Shown: positions 59,018 to 59,376 of the stretch, in pieces
Position numbering within the stretch: the first letter of the stretch is position 1
Layout: the number at the start of each line of letters is the position of its first letter
Assembly: GCA_041389005.1 (NCBI GenBank)
Contig: JAWKSR010000005.1
Coordinates: 1 to 59,376 of the forward strand
Reading direction: 5' to 3'
DNA: 59,376 nucleotides
Source of the DNA: Minisyncoccota bacterium
GTDB lineage: Bacteria; Patescibacteriota; Minisyncoccia; Phycocordibacterales; UBA918
The notes under the pieces: generated by a model
What the model was told of the DNA's origin: nothing
Database searches by the model: none
The model's input: only the letters and a program-made list of their open reading frames with translations
Made by a program: the position numbers and the translations under genes

Positions 59018-59376
59018 ACCCCGAACGGATTACACTTTTTGCTAAAACTGACGCGCGTGGTCAGAATGTGCCGTTTGGTATTAAAGCCAAAGACCGCACC
59101 CGACACGTCTATGTGATCGGGAAGACTGGTATGGGGAAGTCGACACTCCTTGAGAACATGGCGGTGCAGGATATCAAAAACGGCGAAGGTTTTGCTTTTA
59201 TCGACCCGCACGGACAGACCGCGGAAACACTCCTTGATTACGTCCCGGAAGAACGTATTAAAGATGTACTCTATTTTGCCCCGCATGATATGGATTACCC
59301 GGTGTCATTTAATGTCATGGAAGATGTTGGTCCCGACAAGCGCCACTTGGTGGTGTCTGGTCTGATGTCAGTCTTC
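59018..59376 (+). CDS. P-loop ATPase, VirD4/TraD (type IV coupling protein)-like or HerA-like, N-terminal part (3' end lies outside the window)
   Basis: The frame is open to the window edge, so it is absent from the ORF track. MSYDPERITLFAKTDARGQNVPFGIKAKDRTRHVYVIGKTGMGKSTLLENM...FIDPHGQTAE. TGGTATAAT at 59002-59010 lies directly upstream. Confidence 0.55.

Overview
This 59.4-kb window comes from a compact bacterial genome. I infer a Patescibacteria/CPR-type organism from four things. The 23S rRNA is interrupted by introns and stem-closed insertions. The 16S is unlinked from the 23S-5S pair. The 16S reads GTGCCAGCAGGAGCGGTAA at the universal 515F site and lacks the CCUCC anti-SD. The gene set is small and dominated by housekeeping and cell-surface functions.

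Coding content:
- Four aminoacyl-tRNA ligases: argS (partial), ileS, glyQS and metG.
- DNA and division genes: recO-like, recA and ftsK.
- The rpsF-ssb-rpsR and rplJ-rplL operons, and efp.
- An ECF sigma factor followed by a membrane protein.
- Envelope and export genes: SEDS (FtsW/RodA), type IV pilin, GT4 glycosyltransferase, sugar-phosphate transferase, epimerase, secD/secF, murD/murC and an M15 peptidase.
- Other housekeeping genes: folD, pyrH, tyrA-like, rsmI and a CsaA-like tRNA-binding protein.
- Several membrane or surface proteins, and the 5' end of a VirD4/TraD-like ATPase at the window edge.

RNA genes:
- 23S, about 4.5 kb as encoded, with two group-I-type introns. One intron carries a LAGLIDADG ORF. 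There are at least two further stem-closed insertions.
- 5S, 16S and tRNA-Ile(GAU).

Most notable observations:
1. A two-copy, roughly 72-nt stem-loop element in which three of the four base pairs of one stem are changed on both strands and still pair.
2. A histidine-phosphatase domain encoded in line inside ileS.
3. A LAGLIDADG group I intron placed inside the sarcin-ricin loop of the 23S.
4. A 16S 3' tail without CCUCC, together with -10 boxes sitting 7-13 nt from start codons. This suggests leaderless, SD-independent initiation.
5. An intact tRNA-Ile nested between decayed 5' and 3' remnants of a second tRNA-Ile.
6. Frame disruptions clustered in a subset of mostly essential genes. These look more like consensus indel errors than real decay.

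I saw no CRISPR array, transposase or recognisable defence operon. All coordinates and alignments were made by eye.
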